From NCBI GenBank assembly GCA_043803745.1, contig JAZDJS010000043.1, positions 1 to 26,285 on the forward strand: DNA of 26,285 nucleotides, given 5' to 3'. Of the stretch, positions 25,843 through 26,285 are shown piece by piece. The DNA is from an archaeon. Lineage in GTDB: Archaea > SpSt-1190 > DYHY01. The notes beneath the pieces are model-generated. The model was not told the DNA's origin. It made no database searches and saw only the letters and a list, made by a program, of their open reading frames with translations. The position numbers and the translations under genes are program-made. Every line of letters starts with the position of its first letter. The first letter of the stretch is position 1.

Positions 25843-26285
25843 TCAGCCAACTACCCTCTTTAAAATATCAGCGGGCGAGACCTTCACGCCCATTTTTTTC
25901 GAGAAGAAGTGCGCAACATTCTCGCAGTCCCTTTCAAGGAACTCCTTTGAGCGCGGGTGAGCCAGGAGAACCGCCTGCGCGCAGTCTATTATGACCGGCT
26001 CGCCGTCGGAGACGAGCAGGTTGTATTCCGAAAGGTCGGAGTGCACAAAGCCCGCCTTGTGGATCTTCCGCATGTTCTCGACGACTTTCTTGAGGAATTC
26101 CGCGGGCTTGGCGGTTTCGGCATAGACCTTCTTCAGCTGCGGGGCTATCGCATCCCCGTCAAGGAGGAGCTCAAAAATGAGCACGTTGTCCCGGAATGCT
26201 ATCGGGTGCGGCACGCGCACGCCAGCCCCCTCGAACTTGGAAAGGTTCGAAAATTCCTTTTTCGTCCAGGCGAAGACTATTTCCC
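25843..26285 (-). CDS. rio1: RIO1 family serine protein kinase (5'-truncated by the window edge)
   Basis: Frame open to the window end (EIVFAWTKKEFSNL...GVRVPHP); VHSDLSEYN catalytic loop, IDCAQAV, HP, RDCEN. Confidence 0.93.
   Translation of the reverse strand, partial: EIVFAWTKKEFSNLSKFEGAGVRVPHPIAFRDNVLIFELLLDGDAIAPQLKKVYAETAKPAEFLKKVVENMRKIHKAGFVHSDLSEYNLLVSDGEPVIIDCAQAVLLAHPRSKEFLERDCENVAHFFSKKMGVKVSPADILKRVVG

Overview
Archaeal chromosomal window, densely coding, with no transposase, integrase or CRISPR array. A DPANN-like lineage is inferred from the form II/III RuBisCO, the many orphan genes and the compact spacers. Core genes: cdc48, a HerA/FtsK-like ATPase, an AglH/GPT-type glycosyltransferase, a nitroreductase, a geranylgeranyl-reductase-family enzyme, form II/III RuBisCO, AlaX, argG/argH, an ACT-domain protein, a standalone B3/4 protein, EndoQ, the rio1-dim2-top6B-top6A operon, tRNA-Phe(GAA) and tRNA-Asn(GTT). 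Main observation: both tRNA genes are followed by a 200-250 nt non-coding, hairpin-rich trailer. The two trailers share one motif, a TCC-G-GTGC/GCAC-GGA bulged stem abutting an NNCTC-TGNG-GAGNN hairpin with compensatory outer base pairs, which makes it a candidate undescribed tRNA-associated structured RNA. Other leads: an orphan resembling a highly diverged proteasome-beta/Ntn-fold protein, an argGH cluster flanked by two tRNA trans-editing factors and an ACT regulator, a HypA-like protein lacking the Ni-binding MHE start, and repeated single-TATA bidirectional promoters. All family calls are by eye from motifs; no searches were run.
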